Counted from the stretch's first letter, positions 39,004 through 48,028 are shown. The stretch is 64,000 nt of DNA from Candidatus Moraniibacteriota bacterium (GCA_046116545.1 CP175956.1:321734-385733), one strand, 5' to 3'. A program made the numbers and translations. Notes: generated by a model from the sequence alone, not told the origin.

Positions 39004-40116
39004 CTAGTATGACTCAATATAATTTTTCATAGTAACTTCCCTTCGCAAATATACACTCATCACAAGCCCACAAGCTATCATCACACTTATAAGTGAACTT
39101 CCACCATAACTAACAAGTGGCAATGGAATTCCAGTTACTGGCATCACTCCTATGTTCATTCCTATATTAACAGTAAAATGTATGAAAAACAAAATCATCA
39201 CACCCACAACCAAGAAATATCCAAATGAATCTCTAGCCTGACTCGCTATAAAGAAGAATCTTGTGAATAATAAACCAAACAAACCAATTAGCAATAAAAC
39301 GCCTGCAAAACCTACTGATTCTGCTATTGTTGCAAATATAAAGTCAGTATGTTTTTCTGGTAAAAAGTTTAACTGTGATTGAGAACCATATCCAAATCCT
39401 TGACCAATCATGCCACCATTACCAACTGCAATTATTGACTGAATGACATTATATCCTGTGCCTTGTGGATCGAGTTCAGGATGTAAAAAGTTTGTAATAC
39501 GTGCTCTCTGATAAGGTGCAAATAAGCTCCATGCGATAATAGCAAAAATAGCACCTACCAAAATAAATGATAGTAAATATCTTTTTTTGATACCTGATAC
39601 AAAAATCATTCCAAACCAGATACCAAAAATCACAAGAGCCGAACCAAAATCAGGCTGTAATAATACCAAAAATCCCACTACAGCTGTTAACAAAAAAGAA
39701 ACTATTATTGTAGTCACCTCTCCCAATTCACCTCTTTTCTTTGAAATGAAGTGTGCAAGAAAAATAACCATAAATATTTTGACAATTTCTACTGGCTGTA
39801 TATAAGCAAATCCCAAATTCAACCATCCAGACGTACCGCGTAAAGTTGTTCCAAATACAATTGTAGTTATGAGTAAACCAATTGAACCAAAATATAAAAA
39901 AGTACTATATGACTTAAGAATTCCATAATCCATAAGTCCAAACATTATAAATATAACGCAGCCTATCACTGCATATATTATATGTCTTGTAAAAATTTCA
40001 TTTCCTGCACCACCACCTTGAAATAAAATGCTCCAAAGCGCGATTGAACCAAATCCAATCAATAATATTACAGCAAAGAAAAAAATAAAATCAAACTCAA
40101 AGAATTTACGAATCAT
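39004..40116 (-). CDS. rodA: SEDS-family peptidoglycan polymerase (RodA/FtsW)
   Basis: 370 aa, about 10 TM helices; conserved C-terminal PLPLVSYGGSSLISVMIACGLV. Confidence 0.85.
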   Translation of the reverse strand: MIRKFFEFDFIFFFAVILLIGFGSIALWSILFQGGGAGNEIFTRHIIYAVIGCVIFIMFGLMDYGILKSYSTFLYFGSIGLLITTIVFGTTLRGTSGWLNLGFAYIQPVEIVKIFMVIFLAHFISKKRGELGEVTTIIVSFLLTAVVGFLVLLQPDFGSALVIFGIWFGMIFVSGIKKRYLLSFILVGAIFAIIAWSLFAPYQRARITNFLHPELDPQGTGYNVIQSIIAVGNGGMIGQGFGYGSQSQLNFLPEKHTDFIFATIAESVGFAGVLLLIGLFGLLFTRFFFIASQARDSFGYFLVVGVMILFFIHFTVNIGMNIGVMPVTGIPLPLVSYGGSSLISVMIACGLVMSVYLRREVTMKNYIESY

Positions 40117-40140
40117 ACTATTAATCCAATCTCTAATATC

Positions 40141-40989
40141 TTACTCATTTGTCATCTCTTGATACCTTCCTCCTGGGAGATATTTTTTCATAAAATTCAA
40201 CGAATCGAATGTGTTTGTCTCTGCTTGCATTTGAGCTGTTTTGATATTGCCTGGAAATTTATGTGGCCAAATCAATCTAAAATCTCTCTTTGCACCAGAA
40301 TCCAAAGTCCTCATTTCAGTAGAATTTACAGCAACTGGGATACCTCTCTCGTCCTCGAGGATAACATATATTGTTACATTGTTAAAATCGTATACACTAT
40401 CATTAGAAACTAATCCAAATGCTTCAGCATAATTTGTTCCATTTTGAACAAAGCCAAATTTTTGATTCTTTACTAAAATTTGAGGACTATCAAACTCAGT
40501 AAACTTAACCCATTCAACATTATTAATTGAAACCTTTAATTTTGTTGGCTTTTTATCTGTTTCTAATCCAATTTCTACTAAATACTTAGTTTCATTTGGT
40601 AAAATAAATGTTTCATCACTTACACTACCCAATACCGTCCCATTATCATCTAAAATTTCAACTGTATAATAAACTTTTTCACCACCATACAATATATTTG
40701 GATTATTAATTTGAGCAACTACATCATACTTATTTTCACCTCCATAAACTAAATGCTCATTTTGCACAATCAAATCTTTTCCAATTAGCTCCTCTGGACA
40801 TTTTGTACAAACCCCCCCACAATCAATCTGCTCTTCATTTTGATTTTTCTTACCATCAAAACAAGTCGGATCAGTTTTCATCATAGACACAATCATCCAC
40901 ACAAACAATAAAAATAATACTGCATAGATCGCTACAATTAACATTTGTTTATTTTTTCTTATCATAAAAATTATTTTAAATATATACAA
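40141..40989 (-). CDS. hypothetical membrane-anchored Cys-rich protein
   Basis: 282 aa; N-terminal TM then CFDGKK...CGGVCTKCPEE. Confidence 0.4.
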   Translation of the reverse strand: MYIFKIIFMIRKNKQMLIVAIYAVLFLLFVWMIVSMMKTDPTCFDGKKNQNEEQIDCGGVCTKCPEELIGKDLIVQNEHLVYGGENKYDVVAQINNPNILYGGEKVYYTVEILDDNGTVLGSVSDETFILPNETKYLVEIGLETDKKPTKLKVSINNVEWVKFTEFDSPQILVKNQKFGFVQNGTNYAEAFGLVSNDSVYDFNNVTIYVILEDERGIPVAVNSTEMRTLDSGAKRDFRLIWPHKFPGNIKTAQMQAETNTFDSLNFMKKYLPGGRYQEMTNE

Positions 40990-41039
40990 CCATTATACAC
41001 GATAGCAATCGAATTTAAAAATAACTATCTTTACTACAA

Positions 41040-41065
41040 TAAAAAGCCCTTGAATAAGGACTTTA
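41040..41065 (-). terminator. candidate intrinsic terminator of the RT operon (minus strand: AAGUCCUU-AUUC-AAGGGCUU with one G-U pair, then UUUUU)
   Basis: Read from the reverse complement of 41043-41062; followed by a T-run on the minus strand. Confidence 0.45.
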
Positions 41066-41123
41066 TTTATATGCGGGGAGGATGGGACGATATTGGAACT
41101 TTTTTGATGGAGAAATATCTTAT

Positions 41124-41942
41124 TTAATCAAGAAACTCTTCTTCATCTTTCAATTTATCAATAATTAAGGCAACACTTTTTTTATCATCAGCACTCAAAT
41201 CTTTTAGCATTAAGCCAAATATTGAGATTGAAAATGTTTTACATATATTTAATTGAAATCGTATCATACCCCTATACTCATCATATTGTTTAACATACAA
41301 TTCTGATGCATATTCAGTTGATGCATCTGGCCCACCATGAACAAAAGACGAGAGCTCTGAATATTCTGGCAAAATTATGGGCATCCACTCTGATCCAGGC
41401 GCCTCATTATCAATTAAAAATTTAATCATATTTCTATACTTAAATTTTTTTGCATTTTTACTTATCTTGTTTTTATCTAAATCTTTAATATTAGGATGAT
41501 CATTACAAAATGATTCCCATGCATCAGAATATACTTCTTCATTTCCAGAAAGCTTAGTAGCACATTTCACAGATTCCACATAAGACAGTGCCTCATTCAT
41601 TGAAGAATTTTTATATTCTTCTCCAACAACATCACTATTTTCCCTTGTATATCTAGTCCAAATATAATTACCTTTCAGCCAATGCTCCAAAAAAATTCTA
41701 TATAAAACTTTAGCACTGTAAATATTATTATCCCTAGCTAAAACAATTGTTCCATTCTTCAATGTAAATAGATGAGTGTGTAATCCAGCCAAGGCAAACC
41801 AAGTGCTTTTATGCGTACTTTTCTTAATAAATTCTGAAAAAATTGGTAGAACTTGATCTATTAAATCAAAATAATCATCATTTTTTTCCTCAGCAATCTC
41901 AAGCCATTTATCAAAATCTTTTTGATTCATATGTTTTTTCAT
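41124..41942 (-). CDS. hypothetical protein, downstream partner of the retron-type RT
   Basis: 272-aa ORF starting 33 nt after the RT stop on the same strand; no recognisable domain. Confidence 0.45.
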   Translation of the reverse strand: MKKHMNQKDFDKWLEIAEEKNDDYFDLIDQVLPIFSEFIKKSTHKSTWFALAGLHTHLFTLKNGTIVLARDNNIYSAKVLYRIFLEHWLKGNYIWTRYTRENSDVVGEEYKNSSMNEALSYVESVKCATKLSGNEEVYSDAWESFCNDHPNIKDLDKNKISKNAKKFKYRNMIKFLIDNEAPGSEWMPIILPEYSELSSFVHGGPDASTEYASELYVKQYDEYRGMIRFQLNICKTFSISIFGLMLKDLSADDKKSVALIIDKLKDEEEFLD

Positions 41943-41974
41943 AATTATAATAATATCACAAAAAAATTTTAATA

Positions 41975-42907
41975 TTAAACAATTTCTCCAAGCTCATTCA
42001 TGAGAAAACGTGCAAAATCAGGCTCAATACTTTCTGCATATGCAGCCCATCCTTCTATTTTACATATAAATTTCAATGATGTCATTTGTTGATTGCCTGT
42101 TCTTTTGCAATGACTTTCTAATCCAAATTTCTTAACGTAATATAGTTCTAATCGTAAATTTTTCTTTATATATCTTGGTAATCGTGGTTGTTTCAAATCG
42201 CAAACCGTTAGTCCTGTCACATATTGATTACCACCTTTTTTTTGTATTTTATTCTTTTTTGTATTTAAGGATAATTTTTTTTTATTTAAAATACTTTCAA
42301 TTTCTTCAAAACTCAATGGGACAATTCCATTTGTTGAAAAAGTTAAGTCATCCGCATATCTTGTATAAACATATCCCTTATCTTGTGCAAGTTTCAAAAA
42401 ATCTATATCTACCTCTTTCATGAAAATATTTGCGAGAATTGGACTAGTAGAAAAACCCTGAACCAATTTATCATTCAAAGTTACTGTTTCTGCTAAAAAA
42501 TATGAATGTTCTTCATTAAATTTTAATGCATGAAAAATTTGAAATACATCATCAATATTCACTGATTCAAAAAAATTCTCAATATCAGCATTTATAATAA
42601 TTTTTTTTCCTAAGTGTTTTTCTGCATTAGTTTTAATATTTTTATTTTTAACAAATCCCTGTACATGTTCAGAAAACGAATGATTTCTTTGTAAAAAATC
42701 ATTAATTTTTTTAACAAACTCCTTTTTAGCAGGATACCATATATCATAGACAACTCTCAATCCTCCATTTTTTTTCATTAAATGTATTTCCCTTTGAAAA
42801 GAGTCTTGATCATTTTTGATTTTTTTTAATTTTGCGTTAGGTATGCCAAAAAAATTAGATAAATCACTTTGGGTTTTTATTATTTTTATTCTTGTATTAT
42901 CGTTCAT
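41975..42907 (-). CDS. retron-type reverse transcriptase
   Basis: 310 aa; RT motif A IINADIENFFESV (compare Ec86 NIDLEDFF), motif B-prime LVQGFSTSPILANIFM, motif C VYTRYADDLTFS (YADD), and the retron-specific downstream QYVTGLTV (VTG) motif; size typical of retron RTs. Confidence 0.85.
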   Translation of the reverse strand: MNDNTRIKIIKTQSDLSNFFGIPNAKLKKIKNDQDSFQREIHLMKKNGGLRVVYDIWYPAKKEFVKKINDFLQRNHSFSEHVQGFVKNKNIKTNAEKHLGKKIIINADIENFFESVNIDDVFQIFHALKFNEEHSYFLAETVTLNDKLVQGFSTSPILANIFMKEVDIDFLKLAQDKGYVYTRYADDLTFSTNGIVPLSFEEIESILNKKKLSLNTKKNKIQKKGGNQYVTGLTVCDLKQPRLPRYIKKNLRLELYYVKKFGLESHCKRTGNQQMTSLKFICKIEGWAAYAESIEPDFARFLMNELGEIV

Positions 42908-42910
42908 AGT

Positions 42911-43017
42911 AATTGAAATATAAAAAATCCCTCATTATGCTCATAAATTGGAATGCTCTACAACGAATACGAACTCGTACCCTAATAAATAATAAGGGAT
43001 ATTTTATATTTCAAATT
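42911..43017 (-). ncRNA. candidate retron ncRNA / structured element: 107-bp segment bounded by about 29-nt imperfect inverted repeats, immediately upstream of the RT start
   Basis: Left AATTGAAATATAAAAAATCCCTCATTAT (42911-42938) versus reverse complement of right ATAATAAGGGATATTTTATATTTCAAATT (42989-43017), about 26/29 matches; internal 50 nt contains small hairpin TACGA-AC-TCGTA. Position (between upstream ORF stop and RT ATG) matches the a1/a2 arrangement of retron msr-msd but the interior is short. Confidence 0.35.
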
Positions 43018-43020
43018 TTA

Positions 43021-43746
43021 CTACATCTCTTCAATAAAAACAATATAATCAGACTTTTTTTTAAAATCATACCATTTAGTAGTAGCTTTTTCATGAACTA
43101 CTCTTACCATACTAATATTTTTCTTTATTTTATCTAAATTAGTTCTCACCAATGATCCTGCATCTTTATTTTCATTCTCTTTCACAAAACAGAGGACTCC
43201 CCCTAATATATAATCAGGTAAAAATGATAGCTCATTTTCCTTTTTTATTATTTCTATATTTAAAAAATTTTCAGTTATTTTTTCTTTTAAAAACTCATCT
43301 TTCATTAACAAATCTCGCATCCAAATTTTATCGCTCTCTATTTTATCAGAAAAATTTTCTACCTTTAAATTTATTTTTTCATATCCGCTTTTTTCATATC
43401 TCCTTACAATTGGACTCAAGAAACCAAGACTAATATTTTCGTAAATACTCTTATTTTCAAAATTATTTGACTGAGTCTTGATACACAAATAGGCTTGGAT
43501 ATCCGTATTAGAAATATGTTCTAATAATTTTGTTTGTATTGATTTAGAATCTTCTGAAAAATGATAGTTGATTTTTTCAATTACGTCATCGTCCTCATTC
43601 AACATCATTTTTTCCTTAATTCTAATAATGTTTTTTATTAAATTTGTATCAGCAACAACCAAAGCTACTGCTGTAATTTGATTTTTTTTACACGCTGATT
43701 CATCCATAATAAAATCTATTTCACCAAAGTTTTTTTGTCCTACCAT
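43021..43746 (-). CDS. hypothetical protein with DUF3800-like N-terminus (retron-associated candidate effector)
   Basis: 241 aa; N-terminal IDFIMDESACKKNQITAVALVV resembles the DUF3800 DESG-plus-hydrophobic-strand start; otherwise unassigned. Confidence 0.45.
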   Translation of the reverse strand: MVGQKNFGEIDFIMDESACKKNQITAVALVVADTNLIKNIIRIKEKMMLNEDDDVIEKINYHFSEDSKSIQTKLLEHISNTDIQAYLCIKTQSNNFENKSIYENISLGFLSPIVRRYEKSGYEKINLKVENFSDKIESDKIWMRDLLMKDEFLKEKITENFLNIEIIKKENELSFLPDYILGGVLCFVKENENKDAGSLVRTNLDKIKKNISMVRVVHEKATTKWYDFKKKSDYIVFIEEM

Positions 43747-43783
43747 AAAAAATTGTAACCTTTACATATTAAATATTTTATTC

Positions 43784-44614
43784 TTAATCTTCTATTTGAA
43801 CGACTACTTCCTCCATCGTATAATGCACAAATTGCTTTCCAAGTTCGGTTAAAAAATATGACTTTGAATCATCAAAAGCAGATTTCATTGTTTTTGATCC
43901 ACGATTTAGCTTAACTTTTTTTTGTTTCAAAAAATTCCCCGCATTATCTGTAGCTCGCTCTTGTCTAATAACACTACCTGTACTCAAATCACGAATTAAT
44001 AATTTAAATAAATCTGCTTCAGCAGAGTCTTCTCGTGGTCTTTCATCTTTTATATTATCCCAAATTTTACCTCGAGTTATACCTGGATTTTGATAAATTT
44101 CTCTAATAACTTTAAAATGAGCTTCATGGTACATATCTATCCAATCAAGAAACAATCTAACAAGATCATCTGGACAAAGATTAACAGCTCCTGCATTTGT
44201 TAATAATTTTCTAATTAATTCTCGCTTTTCTTCTGTATCTGATTGATCCCAGGACCTGAATCCTTTTCTAACAAGATCCAAATATTCTGATGAACTGATT
44301 CTCGCTTGAACTTCTTCATCAAATTTGTCTAGTCGCGAAAGTATTTGAAATAATGTATATCCAAGTTTATTTACCTTTTCCTCATGTTCCTGAAGCCATA
44401 ATTGTTGAAAAAGATTTGTTTCTTTTTGTTCTTTCTCAGCGTCTTTTGCGGCCATTGCACCAAGAAAACCTCCTACCCACGGTATACTACCTAAAGCTGC
44501 TAAAATAAATCGCACATGACTCTTACGCTTATCTTCATCCATAAATTCAGCCAATTGATCTTGTATTGATTTGGGAATTTTTTTACTAATTTTTTCAAGT
44601 TTATTTTTTACCAT
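43784..44614 (-). CDS. hypothetical protein with one TM segment (retron operon, first gene)
   Basis: 276 aa; FILAALGSIPWVGGFLGAMAA hydrophobic segment; no known domain. Confidence 0.45.
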   Translation of the reverse strand: MVKNKLEKISKKIPKSIQDQLAEFMDEDKRKSHVRFILAALGSIPWVGGFLGAMAAKDAEKEQKETNLFQQLWLQEHEEKVNKLGYTLFQILSRLDKFDEEVQARISSSEYLDLVRKGFRSWDQSDTEEKRELIRKLLTNAGAVNLCPDDLVRLFLDWIDMYHEAHFKVIREIYQNPGITRGKIWDNIKDERPREDSAEADLFKLLIRDLSTGSVIRQERATDNAGNFLKQKKVKLNRGSKTMKSAFDDSKSYFLTELGKQFVHYTMEEVVVQIED

Positions 44615-44686
44615 ATTCTCTTTGAAATAAGGAATAGTTCAATAATTTTATAATCTAAGTATAGTCCCCTCTTCATTACTATGCAA

Positions 44687-44713
44687 ACAGCAGAAAATCC
44701 CACTTTCTGCTGT
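44687..44713. promoter_or_regulatory. perfect 10-bp hairpin ACAGCAGAAA-ATCCCAC-TTTCTGCTGT in the 207-bp region upstream of gene 43784..44614
   Basis: Read from sequence; no adjacent U-tract on the minus strand, so not a classical terminator. Confidence 0.4.
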
Positions 44714-44821
44714 AATTGTTTTCAAATATATTATTGCCTACGGTCAAAGTGGAGGCAAAACGGAATTTTATCCTACCAGAAAATAAAACTTAAAAAAACC
44801 CTCAAACTATATTGACTGACT

Positions 44822-45325
44822 CTACTGTATTACTGGTTGTTGCAATATCTCGGCAATATTGTATGTAGATGTAACAGGCACATGTACAAGTCGCATATTT
44901 GCACTTTCAAATACTTGATCCACAAGCTCATCACGTTCTTTTCTTTTTTGGTTAAGGTGTGATTTTCCATCTAACTCAATTGCAATAATAGGTTTCAATG
45001 TATCTTTTTCACATAATAAAAAATCAACATGTTTTGATTGAACATAATTTTTTAATGTTTGTTTGTGACCATATTCAAGATACTTTGGAATTGTAAAAAT
45101 ATCTAAAATTCGTACTTTTGAAAATACATGATATTGATCTTGTACAGCATTACTGAGAATATTAAAAAATTCTTTCTCTGTTTTGTTCATGAAAGAATTT
45201 ACTGTATTGTACTTTAATGTTACTCGTTTCTTTTTTTCTTTTTTTGTAATAACCTCTTTTATTACATTTAATATAATAATGGTAAAAACAAACAAAAAAA
45301 CTATTATGTATGATTCTGTATTCAT
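44822..45325 (-). CDS. DUF2726-like protein (restriction-endonuclease-like fold), N-terminal TM
   Basis: C-terminal region NKTEKEFFNILSNAVQDQYHVFSKVRILDIF...HVDFLLCEKDTLKPIIAIELDGKSH...RKERDELVDQVFESANMRLVHV matches the DUF2726 pattern; ATG at 45325 preferred because the longer ORF runs through GC-rich hairpins. Confidence 0.55.
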   Translation of the reverse strand: MNTESYIIVFLFVFTIIILNVIKEVITKKEKKKRVTLKYNTVNSFMNKTEKEFFNILSNAVQDQYHVFSKVRILDIFTIPKYLEYGHKQTLKNYVQSKHVDFLLCEKDTLKPIIAIELDGKSHLNQKRKERDELVDQVFESANMRLVHVPVTSTYNIAEILQQPVIQ

Positions 45326-45354
45326 AATCCTAAATTTTGCAAACAAAAAAGGTC

Positions 45355-45450
45355 TTCCGATGGCGGAAGCTCTTTCGAGCGACCCTACTCCCTTTCGAGA
45401 ATAGACCATGAATACAAGTACCAGTCAGAAGACCGTCTTTGTATTCATGG
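45355..45450. promoter_or_regulatory. cluster of GC-rich hairpins (CTTCCG-ATGG-CGGAAG; CCATGAATACAA-21nt-TTGTATTCATGG; direct CTTTCGAG x2)
   Basis: Perfect 12-bp stem at 45408-45452 and 6-bp stem at 45351-45366; compositionally distinct from surrounding AT-rich DNA. Confidence 0.35.
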
Positions 45451-45671
45451 ATTTCAGACCATATCCTATTTTATAAAAATAGGGGTTAGGTCATGCTTAA
45501 ATTGTAATTTAATTTTATATTACTATAACACTAAAATCAATATGTGCTTTTTCAGGATATTCTTTGTAATTACGATGGAAAATCCTTTTTCTTCCGCAAT
45601 TGTATTTCAAGTATGTTATTATCTGTGGTCAAGATAGAGACGGCGCGAAGTGAAGTTCTGCCTTTATCACA

Positions 45672-45699
45672 AAAGCCACACAATAAATTGTGTGGCTTT
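45672..45699 (-). terminator. hairpin AAAGCCACACA-ATAAATT-GTGTGGCTTT downstream of minus gene 45721..47103
   Basis: Perfect 10-11-bp stem 20 nt after the stop codon; weak U-tract. Confidence 0.5.
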
Positions 45700-45720
45700 G
45701 TCTCTGCAATATAATCTTAA

Positions 45721-47103
45721 TTACATTTCAACTTTTATATTATTGCTATAAGTGCCACATTTACCTCCTTTGTAAATACAAACTCTGAAATAATAGGTTT
45801 TATCATCACTCAAGTCTTTCCATGTATATTTTCGTGTGTCTCCGTCAGATAAGTATTTGTAATCGTCTCCTGGATATACTGGATTTTTACTTTTTGACTT
45901 TACGACTTTAAATCCTTTGGGAGCACTCCCACCTGATATATCCCATTTTAATTTAACATCATCTCCGTCTTTACTAGCACTAAGAGATACTTTGCTTGCA
46001 TATCCATCATCATTGTCATCACCACTATCTCCACTTGGAGTATCCACGTATACATCATTACTATATATGCCACATTTGCCATCTCCTTGGTAAGCACACA
46101 CTCTGAAATGATATTTTTTACCAGTATCAATTTTCCATTTATAATCTCGTACTCCACTATCTGACAGATATTTGTAATCATTTCCTGGATAAACTGGATT
46201 CACCTCTTTTGATTTTATAACTTTAAATCCGTGACCTGTATTAACGCCACTAGTATCCCAATGTAATCTCACTCCACTACTAGATTTTTCACCTGATAAT
46301 TTAATTGTGCCTGTTGTATATACTTTTTCATCTTCTTCTTTTTCTTTTTTCTCTACCTTCTTTTCTTTTTCTTTTTTTATTTCTTTATTATCACTCTTGG
46401 CTATATTCCAAGCAACAAAGTCATCTTCCAGATCCTCTTGAGTTAGATTTTCTTTTTCAACTTTTCCATCCTTCACACTTGCCTTACTGCCCTCTGAAAT
46501 TTCTTCTATTATTTCTTCATTATCATTTGTTACTTGTACAGAACTCTCTACAACCATCACATCAACTTCACTACCATCATTTTCTACACTAAATTCAGTT
46601 CCAAGTGCAGTTACTGTATATTCACCAGTTTTTACAGAATATTCACGTTTATCATTTTTTGCAACCTTGTTATATACAAAGCCTCTGTCCATACCAATAT
46701 CTATATTTCCTCCACTACCATCAAATAATATAGATGTATTTTCATCTAATCTAACAGTGCTTCCATCTTCAAATGTAACTATCGCCCTACTGTCTGCAAG
46801 AGTTCTTATTTCCTCTCCACTTTTTACGATGTCACTTTTTTCTACCTTAAACCATCCTAAATCTTTATTACTTCTTTTTTCAACACTTCCTTCTAAATAT
46901 TCAATTTGACCATTGTACTCTTTTTTTTGTACGATCTGTGCCATTGATTTATTAGTATTCTCAACAATTTTGTCCATTTGTGACACTTCTTTATTAAATG
47001 ATATAAACCCATTCCATATGAGCACAAAAGATGTCATCACAACCAATCCAATTACGACTACTGTAAATATTCTTCGTCCTTTTTTTTCGTAAAAATCTAA
47101 CAT
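45721..47103 (-). CDS. membrane-anchored protein with FecR-like domain and two tandem about 90-aa C-terminal repeats
   Basis: 460 aa; N-terminal TM; AIVTFEDGSTVRLDENTSILFDG (FecR-like); duplicated module ...YKWKIDTGKKYHFRVCAYQGDGKCGIYSN... / ...YTWKDLSDDKTYYFRVCIYKGGKCGTYSN... Confidence 0.5.
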   Translation of the reverse strand: MLDFYEKKGRRIFTVVVIGLVVMTSFVLIWNGFISFNKEVSQMDKIVENTNKSMAQIVQKKEYNGQIEYLEGSVEKRSNKDLGWFKVEKSDIVKSGEEIRTLADSRAIVTFEDGSTVRLDENTSILFDGSGGNIDIGMDRGFVYNKVAKNDKREYSVKTGEYTVTALGTEFSVENDGSEVDVMVVESSVQVTNDNEEIIEEISEGSKASVKDGKVEKENLTQEDLEDDFVAWNIAKSDNKEIKKEKEKKVEKKEKEEDEKVYTTGTIKLSGEKSSSGVRLHWDTSGVNTGHGFKVIKSKEVNPVYPGNDYKYLSDSGVRDYKWKIDTGKKYHFRVCAYQGDGKCGIYSNDVYVDTPSGDSGDDNDDGYASKVSLSASKDGDDVKLKWDISGGSAPKGFKVVKSKSKNPVYPGDDYKYLSDGDTRKYTWKDLSDDKTYYFRVCIYKGGKCGTYSNNIKVEM

Positions 47104-47113
47104 ATTTTTAAAA

Positions 47114-47992
47114 TTATTTCTGAGAAGCTAATAATGCACTTCTAACTGAACAGTTCATATCCCTTTCATACAGAGGTCTATCATCAATATCATAGATTCC
47201 TACAGCATCCTCAAACACTTCACGTCTATCGTGAGCATACAAAACACCAAGTGGAAATTTTTCTTCTTCGATTGCTTTTGCAAATGCCTTTGCTCTATCA
47301 CTTTTATCATAATCATCTTCCATGTAATAAGTTCGTTCTTTGAACCACTGATATGTATTCACTTTATTAAATACTACACATGCTTGGAAAATATCAACAA
47401 GTGAAAATCCTTTGTGCTCAATAGCTTGTTTTATAATGTCTTGTGTTTCTTTTGGATCACCTGCATTCGCCCTTGCTACAAAAGGTGCATCCAGAGAGAT
47501 TGCAAGTGCAACAGGATTAATAGGCTCATCTATTACTCCCTGTGGTTGTGTAGGTGTAACTAATCCTTCTTGTGAAGTTGGAGCTGCCTGACCTTTTGTA
47601 AGTCCATAAATCATATTGTCATGCACAATAACTGTAATGTTGGGATTTCTACGAATTGTATGTATAAGATGATTTCCACCTTCCCCGTATACATCTCCAT
47701 CGCCACTTGTCACTATCACAGTTTGTTTTGGATTTGATGCTTTAATTCCTGTTGCTACAGGTAGTGCTCTACCATGCAAGCCATTGAAAAAATTTGCTTT
47801 AAAATATTGTGGTAATTTTGCTGCTTGTCCTATTCCAGAAACAAGTGTTATATCTTTTGGTTCAACGTCAATATCTTGCATAACTTTTTTCAAAGTTTGC
47901 AAAATAGGAAAGTTTCCACATCCAGGACACCATTGATTTTCAACTGATGCTGGAACATTAAAATCTTTTTTTGTTTGTGATGCTGTAATCAT
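47114..47992 (-). CDS. korB: 2-oxoacid:ferredoxin oxidoreductase beta subunit (TPP-binding)
   Basis: 292 aa; WCPGCGNFPIL and TSGDGDVYGEGGNHL TPP-binding motifs. Confidence 0.85.
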   Translation of the reverse strand: MITASQTKKDFNVPASVENQWCPGCGNFPILQTLKKVMQDIDVEPKDITLVSGIGQAAKLPQYFKANFFNGLHGRALPVATGIKASNPKQTVIVTSGDGDVYGEGGNHLIHTIRRNPNITVIVHDNMIYGLTKGQAAPTSQEGLVTPTQPQGVIDEPINPVALAISLDAPFVARANAGDPKETQDIIKQAIEHKGFSLVDIFQACVVFNKVNTYQWFKERTYYMEDDYDKSDRAKAFAKAIEEEKFPLGVLYAHDRREVFEDAVGIYDIDDRPLYERDMNCSVRSALLASQK

Positions 47993-48028
47993 ATTTTTAG
48001 TATTTTAGTATATTAATTTTACCTACTT

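Noticed and set aside
42908-43020. Interpreting the inverted-repeat-bounded spacer as a standard intrinsic terminator
   Set aside because: The T-run is inside the paired region rather than following a compact GC-rich hairpin. The stem would be about 28 bp with a 50-nt loop, which is atypical for a terminator. It is kept as a candidate ncRNA or regulatory hairpin instead.
45351-45420. tRNA-like fold for GGTCTTCCGATGGCGGAAGCTCTTTCGAGCGACCCTACTCCCTTTCGAGAATAGACC
   Set aside because: The ends pair (GGTCT/AGACC) but there is no T-arm or T-loop consensus, no anticodon-arm geometry, and the length and arm spacing are wrong for a tRNA.
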